Virus record (IMG/VR): IMGVR_UViG_3300042455_001086
Span: 62,001 to 126,000 of that record
Length of the DNA: 64,000 bases
Strand: one strand, 5' to 3'
The number at the start of each line of letters is the position of its first letter. Position 1 is the first letter of the stretch. The notes beneath the pieces are model-generated. The model saw only the letters and a program-made list of their open reading frames with translations, was not told where the DNA came from and made no database searches. Below, piece after piece: positions 9,914-19,237 of this stretch. The position numbers were made by a program, and so were the translations under genes.

Positions 9914-10864
9914 TTAATATTCTTCTCCACCAAACTCAATTTGGTCTGATGTTGGTTTTGGTTGTTCTATTTTTGTTTGATCACTATCCGGTATTTCAAG
10001 GTCTTGTCCACCATCTATTACTTTACCACCACATAGTTTCTCAACATCAGCATCTGTAAAATAACTTCTACCAATTTTAGCACTTACAGCACTTACTGTG
10101 TTTGGTCCCATTTTACCATCCACTGATAAACCTAAACATCCTTGTATTTTTTTAATTGTATCTGAAATACACCCTTTTACATATGTTTCAGTACAAGCTT
10201 GATATTTTGTACCAGTTCCACCGCCACCACGCTCACGATAAATTATTTTTAGAGTTTCTTTTTTGAGTTTTTCTTTTTCAGCTGGAGATGCACTAGGACA
10301 TGCCCAATTTTGTGCTTCATATTCCGCTTTTGTTTTAAATCCACATTTTTTCGCATTAATTAATACTTGATCTGTAGTCTTAACTATTTGTTTTGTTTTA
10401 CAAACATTATTAAAAGGTTCAACTTGATTTGGTTGTGCGTACCAACTCATCTTTTCTGGATTACCATAATCACCCTCAATATTTTTTATACTTGTATTAT
10501 TTTTAGTACCAAATTTACCAGTAGAACAATTATAATAAACAACAGCTTTATTTTTTTTACCATCGACTATATTATCTTCATCCCCAAAAACACGACCAGT
10601 ATCTGTTGCAACATACTGAGATATGGTAGTTTTGTCAGTTATTAAATATGGTTTTCCATCATTTTTAAATTTTAAAACAAATTTTGTCCCTGGGAATAAT
10701 TTCAACTCTGGATGTTGGGCTATACTATTTTCAAGACTTAATATAGTATTTAAAATATATTCCTTTGGTTGGTTTTTTTGTTCTTGTAATAAACCTTTAT
10801 AATTGTAAAGAGACATTATTTCTCTTTTTTCATCTTCTGTTATTAAAAATCTTTTTGTTCCCAT
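9914..10864 (-). CDS. Leader-bearing protein with C-terminal peptidoglycan-binding-like domain
   Basis: FLITEDEKREIM leader; IKKIQGCLGLSVDGKMGPNT. Confidence 0.65.
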   Translation of the reverse strand: MGTKRFLITEDEKREIMSLYNYKGLLQEQKNQPKEYILNTILSLENSIAQHPELKLFPGTKFVLKFKNDGKPYLITDKTTISQYVATDTGRVFGDEDNIVDGKKNKAVVYYNCSTGKFGTKNNTSIKNIEGDYGNPEKMSWYAQPNQVEPFNNVCKTKQIVKTTDQVLINAKKCGFKTKAEYEAQNWACPSASPAEKEKLKKETLKIIYRERGGGGTGTKYQACTETYVKGCISDTIKKIQGCLGLSVDGKMGPNTVSAVSAKIGRSYFTDADVEKLCGGKVIDGGQDLEIPDSDQTKIEQPKPTSDQIEFGGEEY

Positions 10865-10906
10865 AATTTTTTATTTTATAAATATCTTTAAAACCAAAAA
10901 AAACCA

Positions 10907-11449
10907 TTAATTCATATCCGGTCTTTGGAATGGTTTTCCCTTTCTTAATCTTTTTCTAAATTTAGTATCGGCATCTTTTAGAGCATAAGCATAAGATTCA
11001 ACCCATTCTAAAACAATTGTTGTCATTTCTTCTAATTTACTTTTAACATTTTCTTTAGAAAAAATATCTTCACCCATATTAATTAACATTCTTATTTTTT
11101 CTTGATACGACTCTAATTTTCTATGTAGTATTTCACTAATTTTAATAACTTCCTTATCTGTAAAATCTTGTAGAACAGTTTTTGACACACTATTTATTTC
11201 TGAAATTAAATCAATTGCTTCTTTTAGATTTTCTTTTAAATCTATATATTCAATAGTTTTTGAACTTGTCATTTCAGCTATACCCCTAAAAACCGTCATT
11301 AAATCTTTTAAAGTATCAATCAAAATAGACATAGACTTCCCACCATGTTGTAACATTTGGTCGAAATCATCATATCCAGCAGCCTCTTCTGAAATATAAT
11401 TTACCAATTTCTCCAATTGATGTTCTGTCACAAGTATTTTTTTTCCCAT
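10907..11449 (-). CDS. Leader-bearing helical protein
   Basis: MGKKILVTEHQL leader. Confidence 0.7.
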   Translation of the reverse strand: MGKKILVTEHQLEKLVNYISEEAAGYDDFDQMLQHGGKSMSILIDTLKDLMTVFRGIAEMTSSKTIEYIDLKENLKEAIDLISEINSVSKTVLQDFTDKEVIKISEILHRKLESYQEKIRMLINMGEDIFSKENVKSKLEEMTTIVLEWVESYAYALKDADTKFRKRLRKGKPFQRPDMN

Positions 11450-11561
11450 AATTATTTTTTTAATTCTTCATTATATTTTGCAAGAATTTTAGCATTATTT
11501 TTAATCATTTTTAGATATTTATAAAGATTTCTTTTGTTTCTTGATTTTGTTTCTTCTTTTT

Positions 11562-11912
11562 TCATCGCATTCTTTTAATTCTAATTGATAATCCTTCTAA
11601 TTTGGAATTAGTTTTATTAATTGTTTCTGACAAATCTTTCATCAGATTTGTTAATTCGTCTTTTTGCCAATCATCAGCTGATGATTTTGTTAAATCAGAT
11701 GTGATATTATCTATTTGTTGTTTTAACTTTTCATCTTGTATTATTTTTCGTTTAATATTATACAATAAGTCATCAATTTCAGATAAATATTTTGAATAAT
11801 TATAACCTTTACCTCTAAACCAACCTTTAATACCTTCCCAAGTATTGCCTTCGTTAATTATTCTTTTAACGATTTCATCAATATCCTTTTGATTTATTTT
11901 TCTATTATCCAT
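11562..11912 (-). CDS. Leader-bearing coiled-coil protein
   Basis: DIDEIVKRIINE leader. Confidence 0.7.
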   Translation of the reverse strand: MDNRKINQKDIDEIVKRIINEGNTWEGIKGWFRGKGYNYSKYLSEIDDLLYNIKRKIIQDEKLKQQIDNITSDLTKSSADDWQKDELTNLMKDLSETINKTNSKLEGLSIRIKRMR

Positions 11913-11917
11913 AAAAT

Positions 11918-12739
11918 CTAACTTTGTTGTTGAAATCCTTGTTTCGCACCTGCAACACCTCCTTTAACGGCCGAACCAATTCTACCAAAAATATTATCAG
12001 CTTTCATTCCAAGTGCTTGTCTGATTGGTTTTTTAAGTTCTTTTGTTAGTGGGTCACCACCAAACATTTTATCTAAATTATCCATTGCTTTTTCTCTCTG
12101 GTCAGCTGGTGTATTTAAAATATATTGACCAGCCGGTGATTTAGTCCAAGTGGTAATTTTTGTTTGTGTTGCTTGATCTAATGTTGCTAAATTTGGAAAT
12201 TGTTTTAATAAATCTGGTGTTGGTGTTCCGGCTAGTTGAGCTAAAGGTTTTGCACCACCACCTACTGTTGTTCCAGTTGTTATAACTTTACTTGAGAGCG
12301 ACACACCAGATAAAGGTTTCAACTCCATTTTTTCAACTTTTGTGAATTTCAATTTACTGATTCCCTCAATTGCTTTAGGGTTTTTTGCCTCAGTCCAGTC
12401 TTTAAATTTACCTTGTTTTGCAAATTCTTTAGCTTTTGTAGATACTGGTTCTTCTACTAATTTAAAATAGTATTTATCGCCTTCTTTTTTATAATAATAG
12501 TCTTTATCTTGTGCCTGTAAAATTTGGGTTGGTACATAGTTTTTATCACCTTGTGTTTGAAATGTTACGGTTTCTTGTTTCGGTGTTCCAGTCGGAGTTG
12601 TGGTTGGTTGATTTATTACCAAATCTTCAGGTTCTCCGGCTCTAGCTATTTGTTCTGAAATAAATTCTTGTTTAATCGCATTGTGGTGCATTCCAAGAAT
12701 TCTACTTTTTTCAGCTTCTGTTATGATAAATTTTTTCAT
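11918..12739 (-). CDS. Leader-bearing hypothetical protein
   Basis: MKKFIITEAEKSRILGMH. Confidence 0.75.
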   Translation of the reverse strand: MKKFIITEAEKSRILGMHHNAIKQEFISEQIARAGEPEDLVINQPTTTPTGTPKQETVTFQTQGDKNYVPTQILQAQDKDYYYKKEGDKYYFKLVEEPVSTKAKEFAKQGKFKDWTEAKNPKAIEGISKLKFTKVEKMELKPLSGVSLSSKVITTGTTVGGGAKPLAQLAGTPTPDLLKQFPNLATLDQATQTKITTWTKSPAGQYILNTPADQREKAMDNLDKMFGGDPLTKELKKPIRQALGMKADNIFGRIGSAVKGGVAGAKQGFQQQS

Positions 12740-12776
12740 ATTTTAATTTTATTTATAAATATCATAAAGAGTTAAA

Positions 12777-12869
12777 AAAAATATTTATATTTGTAGAACA
12801 AATCAAATATCTATGAAGACAATATTTTTTATTTTCACACTTTTTATTGTTAGTTTTGTTAATTCACAA
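12777..12869 (+). repeat. 93-bp direct repeat (promoter + signal-peptide coding), copy 1; copy 2 at 14318-14410
   Basis: Two mismatches by manual alignment. Confidence 0.9.
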
Positions 12870-13439
12870 GATAGTATTATCCAGTATTACAATGAAATTG
12901 CTTATAGATCTGAATTTGTAACAAATGGAAAACCAACAATACGACCCCCTAAAAAATGGAAGACTGATGTAAAAATATTTGTTATGGGGACAAAAGATTC
13001 TGTAACATATAATGAGTTATTGAAAGTTGTTGATGAGTTAAATGAGTTAATCAATCCAATCGAAATAAAAATTGTCAATGAAAAGTCTCAAGCAAATTTG
13101 ATTGCGTTTTTTGGTCTATGCGGTGAATACGATAAAATTGAACCTCAAGTTGTTAGATTTAGTGGTTATAATTATGGTTTAGCTTGTATATTTTCAGATG
13201 AAAATAATGATTACTCGCATGGTTCATTTTATGTTGATGTTGTAAGATGCGATTGGTTGCCGCCAGAAGAGGCAGTTATGTTAAAAAAACATATCGTTAG
13301 AGAAGAATTGACACAGTCATTGGGGCTTATGAATGATTCAATGAAATACCCTAATAGTATTTTTTATGAAGGGTGGTCAATGACGACTGAATTTACAAAT
13401 ATGGATAAAGAAATTATAAAATTACATTATAATAAATAA
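12813..13439 (+). CDS. Secreted DUF2927-like protein (zincin-like fold)
   Basis: Signal peptide; REELTQSLGLMNDS..SIFY. Confidence 0.7.
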   Translation: MKTIFFIFTLFIVSFVNSQDSIIQYYNEIAYRSEFVTNGKPTIRPPKKWKTDVKIFVMGTKDSVTYNELLKVVDELNELINPIEIKIVNEKSQANLIAFFGLCGEYDKIEPQVVRFSGYNYGLACIFSDENNDYSHGSFYVDVVRCDWLPPEEAVMLKKHIVREELTQSLGLMNDSMKYPNSIFYEGWSMTTEFTNMDKEIIKLHYNK

Positions 13440-14282
13440 TTATTGTGCTTTACTAACACCTATCATCTTACCTAGTGTTATGTTTTGGAGGTAGCCAAAC
13501 AAATAGTCGACATAACCAATTGGTGTTCCACCAGTACCCAATGAGTTATAAAATACGGCACCATCATAATTTCTTATTTTTAACATATTAAAATTTTTAC
13601 CAAATTTTGTCCAATTCGGTTGTAATGTTAAAACTGCTTTGTCACCATCGACAGCTAAATCAGTACCAGATTTTACATTTAAATCCGCTATAATTGCTTG
13701 TTTTACATATTCGGTAGTTATACCATTAGCTCGTTCTGTTTTTTTGGTAATAAAAGGTTTATTAATATCACCAGAATAATTAGTTGTGATTGGACTATCA
13801 AATAGATATATATATTGTTTCTGTTTATCACCAAGTACTTCCTCACCAATATAAAGAGCTTTCGGTACGAATGACATTGATATTAAATTATCTAAATTAT
13901 TATCCTTTATTGGAATTGAAGATCCTTTATATTCCATTGATTGGGCATCAAGAATACCCACCTTCTTTGTAAAAACCAACACATTTTTATATATAATATT
14001 ATCAATTGAACCACCATAGTATTTTTGCATCGTATATGCAATATTTGAAGGTCCAGGAATATAATACGCTCCAGTTTGTTCATATTTTTGAAGTTTAATC
14101 CCAGTTGGTTCAATTGATCTAACTGCTTGTCCGGTTAATTCACCCATAGCTGTTTGTTTCTTCACATAAAGAGGATTTTCTGTTGATGTTCCTTGTTCCA
14201 TTAAATTTTGTTCTGAAATGGCGTTTTTATGTAATCCCAATATTCTTGATTTTTCTTCTTCTGATATGATAATTTTTTTCAT
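13440..14282 (-). CDS. Leader-bearing hypothetical protein
   Basis: MKKIIISEEEKSRILGLH; start moved to 14282. Confidence 0.75.
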   Translation of the reverse strand: MKKIIISEEEKSRILGLHKNAISEQNLMEQGTSTENPLYVKKQTAMGELTGQAVRSIEPTGIKLQKYEQTGAYYIPGPSNIAYTMQKYYGGSIDNIIYKNVLVFTKKVGILDAQSMEYKGSSIPIKDNNLDNLISMSFVPKALYIGEEVLGDKQKQYIYLFDSPITTNYSGDINKPFITKKTERANGITTEYVKQAIIADLNVKSGTDLAVDGDKAVLTLQPNWTKFGKNFNMLKIRNYDGAVFYNSLGTGGTPIGYVDYLFGYLQNITLGKMIGVSKAQ

Positions 14283-14317
14283 AATATTTTTTACAATAAA
14301 TATTAAAACAATCAAAT

Positions 14318-14410
14318 AAAAATATTTATATTTGTAGAACAAATCAAATATCTATGAAAACAATATTTTTTATTTTCACACTTTTTATTCTTAGTTTTGT
14401 TAATTCACAA
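14318..14410 (+). repeat. 93-bp direct repeat, copy 2
   Basis: Matches 12777-12869. Confidence 0.9.
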
Positions 14411-14773
14411 ATTATCAAAATTAAAGTTTATGAAACTATTGAATACTCTAATTACGACACTTTGGGAGTTTTTAATGTGATCTCCAATGTTTTGGAACCT
14501 GTATTATACAACTATGGTAATTGTGAATATGTTATTGATTTGACAAACAAAACGGATATGTTTTTTCGAGATGGTGTTTTGGAAAGTGAGAGTGATATAA
14601 TTTATGTAAATAATGGAAGTTTATATGTTGTTAATTTTTTATATGAAGGTTATGATGTTGGTGTAATTTTTAATACTGATACTAGAAATGAATCTTTTAA
14701 TTGGTTTTCAAGAACCGGAGATCATTATGATATATCAAAAGCCACAAAATTTGAAATAATTAAAACACAATAA
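14354..14773 (+). CDS. Secreted hypothetical protein
   Basis: Signal peptide nearly identical to that of 12813. Confidence 0.7.
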   Translation: MKTIFFIFTLFILSFVNSQIIKIKVYETIEYSNYDTLGVFNVISNVLEPVLYNYGNCEYVIDLTNKTDMFFRDGVLESESDIIYVNNGSLYVVNFLYEGYDVGVIFNTDTRNESFNWFSRTGDHYDISKATKFEIIKTQ

Positions 14774-14777
14774 AATT

Positions 14778-14807
14778 AAAAACCCACCGATTAAAGTGGG
14801 TTTTTTT
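14778..14807. terminator. Bidirectional terminator between convergent genes
   Basis: A5-cccac/gtggg-T7. Confidence 0.8.
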
Positions 14808-14808
14808 A

Positions 14809-15303
14809 TTAAGGTTTTTTAACTGGTTGAGATTGTGCAGCGCCAGGTTTTTGAGGTTGTGGTTGGAAACCTGCAACCCAACCGTCAACGGCAGCTTTAA
14901 GACCTGGTTGTGGTAATTGTTGTAATGTTTTCGGTAGATTTTTATTAAAGTTAATATTAAACGCTTGAATGATGGAATTTCCAATTAGTCTTGGTCCACC
15001 CTGAGTTAGCATAATAGAAATGTCTTGAACCTCACCAACTTGTGTGTTTCCATACATAAATTTATATAATACTCTATCACCACTAGCAACTCTTTGCACA
15101 GTTAATTTAGCTTGTGGGAACTGTGGATTTTGTTTTATTTTTAAATCAATTTCTTTATTTAAAATTCCGGCAACTTGATTCATAATCTGAGATACAGTAC
15201 CTTCAGTATCAATTGCTTCAGTTAAAAATTGTTTTGAGATTACACTTTTGTGCATTCCAAGAATTCTTGATCTTTCTTCTTCTGTTATTATTAATTTTCC
15301 CAT
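14809..15303 (-). CDS. Leader-bearing hypothetical protein
   Basis: MGKLIITEEERSRILGMH. Confidence 0.75.
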   Translation of the reverse strand: MGKLIITEEERSRILGMHKSVISKQFLTEAIDTEGTVSQIMNQVAGILNKEIDLKIKQNPQFPQAKLTVQRVASGDRVLYKFMYGNTQVGEVQDISIMLTQGGPRLIGNSIIQAFNINFNKNLPKTLQQLPQPGLKAAVDGWVAGFQPQPQKPGAAQSQPVKKP

Positions 15304-15333
15304 AATTTTTTATTTATAAATATTAGACAAAAT

Positions 15334-15363
15334 AAAAAACCTCACAAAATACTTGTGAGGTTT
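15334..15363 (-). terminator. Intrinsic terminator
   Basis: cctcacaa/ttgtgagg stem with A6 on plus strand. Confidence 0.75.
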
Positions 15364-15382
15364 CTATGTAAGTTAATTTTAA

Positions 15383-15817
15383 TTAATTAATAGTGTAAAG
15401 TTCATAATATACATACAAAGCTCCACTCCAGTTATCAACTTCAGCATCAGCTGGGTTTGCGTTATATAAATCAAATCTCACACCAGAGCTAATTCCAGTT
15501 GAAATTAAATAAGGAATTGCATTATCACTAGGATTTTGACTATAATATACAGAGTATTGAACATATATATTATCTCTATTTTCAACGGTAAGATCCAAAT
15601 CCGGGTTATTGATCACAAAATAGATTGAACTACCAAATCCTGGAGATGGTGCGAAATCTTCCATCCCAAGAATGTCAATAATACCTTTTGTTGTATTTAC
15701 TGTGACAACATCGGTTTGATCACGGTCTAATTCATAATGTGCGACACTATTGTCGTTTAATTCAGTTCCATTAAGAACAATTTCAGATGCGATTAATTTA
15801 TCTACTTTTAGTGGCAT
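15383..15817 (-). CDS. Putative structural/fibre-associated beta protein (MPLKVDKLIASEIVLNGTEL N-terminus)
   Basis: Beta-rich composition; N-terminus shared with 15843. Confidence 0.5.
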   Translation of the reverse strand: MPLKVDKLIASEIVLNGTELNDNSVAHYELDRDQTDVVTVNTTKGIIDILGMEDFAPSPGFGSSIYFVINNPDLDLTVENRDNIYVQYSVYYSQNPSDNAIPYLISTGISSGVRFDLYNANPADAEVDNWSGALYVYYELYTIN

Positions 15818-15845
15818 AATTTTTTGTTTTTTAATTGTTTATTTA
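15757..15845 (-). repeat. ~89-bp direct repeat, also at 16340-16428
   Basis: Identical 20-codon N-terminus plus upstream DNA, one mismatch. Confidence 0.9.
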
Positions 15846-16400
15846 GTTATATACTCTTATTTCTAATCTTATATTAATATGTTGATTACTTCCATTACTT
15901 GCATATAAACTAATTTCTGATGTACCATTATTAGCACAAACAAAACCCACAAAAATAGTTTCATCATCTGAACCAGAATAAGCTGTTGCCCATATTTTAT
16001 TTTGTGTAAATAATTCAACACTATTTGCTAAATACACTCCTTGTGCTATATAAGTAAACCAAATATTACCAATAGTATTCTCTAACACTGTTACTTCTGG
16101 GGCTCCTGTGTTATATAGTAAGGTACTACCACCATAACTTAATGGTGTGTCGTTATTTATTGCAACAAAATAAGTATCTGGATTATTATTTGGTGCGCCA
16201 ACATTTGAAAAGTCACCACCAGCAGCTTGAATTTTATAAGTTACTCCTTTTGTTAATGGTCCCGAATTAATTCCGGTTGTATTACCTTGACCACTCTGTG
16301 TCAATAAAGCTGTATATACTTTATAAGGTAATACTCCAGTTAATTCAGTTCCATTAAGAACAATTTCAGATGCGATTAATTTATCTACTTTTAGTGGCAT
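15843..16400 (-). CDS. Putative structural/fibre-associated protein
   Basis: YKVYTALLTQSG...APEVTVLENTIG; G/N/T-rich. Confidence 0.5.
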   Translation of the reverse strand: MPLKVDKLIASEIVLNGTELTGVLPYKVYTALLTQSGQGNTTGINSGPLTKGVTYKIQAAGGDFSNVGAPNNNPDTYFVAINNDTPLSYGGSTLLYNTGAPEVTVLENTIGNIWFTYIAQGVYLANSVELFTQNKIWATAYSGSDDETIFVGFVCANNGTSEISLYASNGSNQHINIRLEIRVYN

Positions 16401-16626
16401 AATTTTTTGTTTTTAAATTGTTTATTTAATAATAAATATTTACAATTGCCGGTTTATTCGTATAATTTTAAGATTTTTATTTTAACCCATTCAAAAAACG
16501 CGGCCAATCGGAACCAAAATAAAATCACGGACGAAGTCCGGGTTCGGTTTATACCCCCAATAAGAAAGGAAGAATTTTAATTATAATGATTTTTTATTTT
16601 AAAAATACTATAAACTAACAAAAAAA

Positions 16627-16917
16627 TTAACCATTAGAATAATCTTTTTTTAAACCTCTATAATATAAATCCATTAAAGGTCCGAACACACCAATTATAT
16701 AATCAATAATTGGTTCCCATTCTTTTTCTGACATATTTCCAAGATCAACTTCATATTTCATATAAAAAAATGTTTCAACTGCCGTCCTAGCTAACTCTAT
16801 TTTAAAATCTTCTTTATTTCTTGTATTAAAATAAGCGTGTGTAGCACCTCTTTTCATAACTTTTTCAAGTTTATGTGAATCATATCTTCTAATAAAAAAT
16901 GCTGGTAGTTTATTCAT
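16627..16917 (-). CDS. Acidic helical RR-family protein
   Basis: FFIRRY motif; start moved to MNKLP. Confidence 0.65.
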   Translation of the reverse strand: MNKLPAFFIRRYDSHKLEKVMKRGATHAYFNTRNKEDFKIELARTAVETFFYMKYEVDLGNMSEKEWEPIIDYIIGVFGPLMDLYYRGLKKDYSNG

Positions 16918-16918
16918 A

Positions 16919-17293
16919 TTAGATTTGTTTTTTTCTTTCCCAGTTAAGATACAACCGGTCTTTATACCTTTTTTCAAGAAATGGTTTTAATTCCCAATAC
17001 ATATCCATCACCTTATTTCGGCTGGTCTCATCCCAAAGATGTTCATCATAGTCCTCATCATAATATGTATCAATTTCATCACCCTTTCTTTCGGATATAA
17101 ATTCATGCAAAAGATCACCAATAATATAATCAGAAAAATCTTTAAATTCATTTACGGGGGGTGTTGTAATAATAAAACGATTTACATTCTTGTCAAACCA
17201 TTCCAAATCTTCCATTGTTATTCTTCTTTTAAGAAACTGGGGAAGATTCAAAAATAATGTTTCATATTGCGATTCTGTGATTATTATTTTCAT
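16919..17293 (-). CDS. Leader + RR-family domain
   Basis: MKIIITESQY; FLKRRI. Confidence 0.75.
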   Translation of the reverse strand: MKIIITESQYETLFLNLPQFLKRRITMEDLEWFDKNVNRFIITTPPVNEFKDFSDYIIGDLLHEFISERKGDEIDTYYDEDYDEHLWDETSRNKVMDMYWELKPFLEKRYKDRLYLNWERKKQI

Positions 17294-17311
17294 ATAAATA
17301 AATATAACAAA

Positions 17312-17623
17312 TTAACAATCACTATCATTCCACAGTGAAATAAAATCATTGTAAAATTCATCATACATTAAATCGGTTATAATATCCCGTCCGTGGTCTT
17401 CGGTTTCATCGGAGAATACCTCATTATCCCTTTCATATCCTTCATCCCCATAAAAGAAACTAATACCTTGGTCAATACAAAACTCGGCATAATCCTCACC
17501 ATCCTCAAAATTACAAGGATCTTGAATTTCGGTTTGATAAGTAATTATATCCTTAACTTCCTGGATTCTTCTTAATCTTTTAAGAAGTTCTTTGTTTTGA
17601 GTTTCAGTAATTATTATTTTCAT
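17312..17623 (-). CDS. Leader + RR-family domain
   Basis: MKIIITETQ; LRRI. Confidence 0.75.
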   Translation of the reverse strand: MKIIITETQNKELLKRLRRIQEVKDIITYQTEIQDPCNFEDGEDYAEFCIDQGISFFYGDEGYERDNEVFSDETEDHGRDIITDLMYDEFYNDFISLWNDSDC

Positions 17624-17676
17624 ATAAATAAATACATCATAAAATAAAAACCATTACTAAATGAGGTGGGGATAAA

Positions 17677-17856
17677 TTAAAGACGAGATGCCGAATCCAT
17701 TAGGAAACTTAATTTATTTTCCAGTTCTCGAATCTCATTTAACTGTCTTTGATTTAACTCAAGGGATTCTCCCCTTATTGAAGAGATTTTATTTTGGGTT
17801 CTTGTATATTCAATCATTAGTTGATTATACTTCTGTGCTTTTTGTTCGTTGTCCAT
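17677..17856 (-). CDS. Small coiled-coil protein (59 aa, not in ORF track), probable paralog of 62034
   Basis: Hand translation MDNEQKAQKYNQLMIEYTRTQNKISSIRGESLEL... Confidence 0.7.
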   Translation of the reverse strand: MDNEQKAQKYNQLMIEYTRTQNKISSIRGESLELNQRQLNEIRELENKLSFLMDSASRL

Positions 17857-17900
17857 AAATCATATATAGTTGAAAATTATTAAAAGGAAATGGATTCCGG

Positions 17901-18146
17901 TTATAATTTTGATTCTATGGTTTGAAGAATATTTTTTAACTTACGAGTTAAACTTCTTAAATTATCAAGTTCATCACTCATTCTTTTGTATTCCCCTTTT
18001 CTTGTTAAGACATCATATTCCTCCATTGATCTTGCAAGTTTTTGAGATACGTTTCTGTACTCATCTCTTATCGATCCCAGAGATCCCCGGTTTTCATTTA
18101 AAACCTTTCTTGCAATTCTTGTGATATCTTTTTCTGTTAGTCTCAT
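17901..18146 (-). CDS. Leader-bearing coiled-coil protein
   Basis: MRLTEKDITRIARKVLNE; TATTTAT 4 nt upstream. Confidence 0.75.
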   Translation of the reverse strand: MRLTEKDITRIARKVLNENRGSLGSIRDEYRNVSQKLARSMEEYDVLTRKGEYKRMSDELDNLRSLTRKLKNILQTIESKL

Positions 18147-18185
18147 AGTAATAAATACCCGGAATTTCAGAAAAAATTTCAAAAA

Positions 18186-18229
18186 TTTTTTTTGAATATT
18201 GGGTCTAATTTAAATTGGGGGTCGTGTTT
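18186..18229 (+). repeat. 44-bp exact noncoding direct repeat, copy 1; copy 2 at 18886-18929
   Basis: T8-gaatattgggtctaatttaaattgggggtcgtgttt; copies 700 bp apart. Confidence 0.9.
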
Positions 18230-18307
18230 CTGGGAGGTCATGTCGATTTTTTCTTATTTTTTCGACACTACATTAAATCATGTCGATTGAATAAACATAT
18301 TGGAAAT

Positions 18308-18337
18308 AAAAAACCCCTCTTTGTGGGAGGGGGGGGG
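18308..18337 (-). terminator. Intrinsic terminator
   Basis: A6-cccctc/gagggg. Confidence 0.6.
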
Positions 18338-18361
18338 TTAATATAAAATATAGAAAGATTA

Positions 18362-18799
18362 CTATCCTAAAGATAATATGGTTTTTTTAATTTTAGATAT
18401 TACATTACTTGGATTGGAAAAATCAATTTTACTTTTGGATGAATAGTTTTTAGATAAACTATTAAAATCAGTCTTTACTCCCCATTGATTTTCAAATATT
18501 TTACTTTGTATCTCATCACTTGTTATAAAAACTAAATTACCATCACTACCAATACCTAACCCCCAATTTTTTCTTTTACCTTGGTCACTTTTGTTTCCCC
18601 AGTTTAAAGTTGTCATTGGTTTATTTTTATATTTAAAATCAATGGTTTTTGGATTATTCCCATCTGAGTCGGTCACTAGTTTTAAACGATTTTTAATTGT
18701 TACCCAATTGTCGTTGGTCGTCATTTCTTCTTCCTCTATGATTATTCTTTTAACGATACGAGCTAAATCTGATTCAGTAAGTCTTATAATTTTTTTCAT
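18362..18799 (-). CDS. Leader-bearing hypothetical protein
   Basis: MKKIIRLTESDLARIVKRII. Confidence 0.75.
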   Translation of the reverse strand: MKKIIRLTESDLARIVKRIIIEEEEMTTNDNWVTIKNRLKLVTDSDGNNPKTIDFKYKNKPMTTLNWGNKSDQGKRKNWGLGIGSDGNLVFITSDEIQSKIFENQWGVKTDFNSLSKNYSSKSKIDFSNPSNVISKIKKTILSLG

Positions 18800-18885
18800 A
18801 ATATCCTATATTAATATTTTTTTTTATTTTAAAATAAATATTAATTAAAAAAAAAACGACTTTTTTTGAAAAAATTTTTTAAATT

Positions 18886-18929
18886 TTTTTTTTGAATATT
18901 GGGTCTAATTTAAATTGGGGGTCGTGTTT
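18886..18929 (+). repeat. 44-bp direct repeat, copy 2
   Basis: Matches 18186-18229. Confidence 0.9.
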
Positions 18930-19152
18930 TGTGGAAAACAATATTATATGTCGATTTTTTTAAAAAATTTAAACATACATTTATTCTATGTTTATCAAAT
19001 AGACATTCCCAAAATTGGGGAATTTTTTCCAAAAATTTTTTTTTAGAAATTGAGTATATCCCCAAAATGGGGGAAATTTTTTCTAAAATTTTTTTACGAA
19101 TACTTCATTTTTGGGATTGACCCCCCTATTTACCTGTCAAAATGTCATATAT

Positions 19153-19211
19153 GGGGGGGATACGGGAGGGGGGAGGGGGTAATAATGTCAGACCCCCATA
19201 TGGAGGGGGGG
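19153..19211 (+). other. G-run cluster (potential G-quadruplex)
   Basis: G7-ATAC-G3-A-G6-A-G5, then another G7, in an AT-rich genome. Confidence 0.55.
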
Positions 19212-19237
19212 TATATATACCATAAGCCCCCACTCGG

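Noticed and set aside
16495-16560. GC-rich hairpin cggac-ttc-gtccg as a tRNA or riboswitch
   Set aside because: No cloverleaf or known aptamer core; its position after a stop codon and before a T-rich run on the minus strand fits a terminator.
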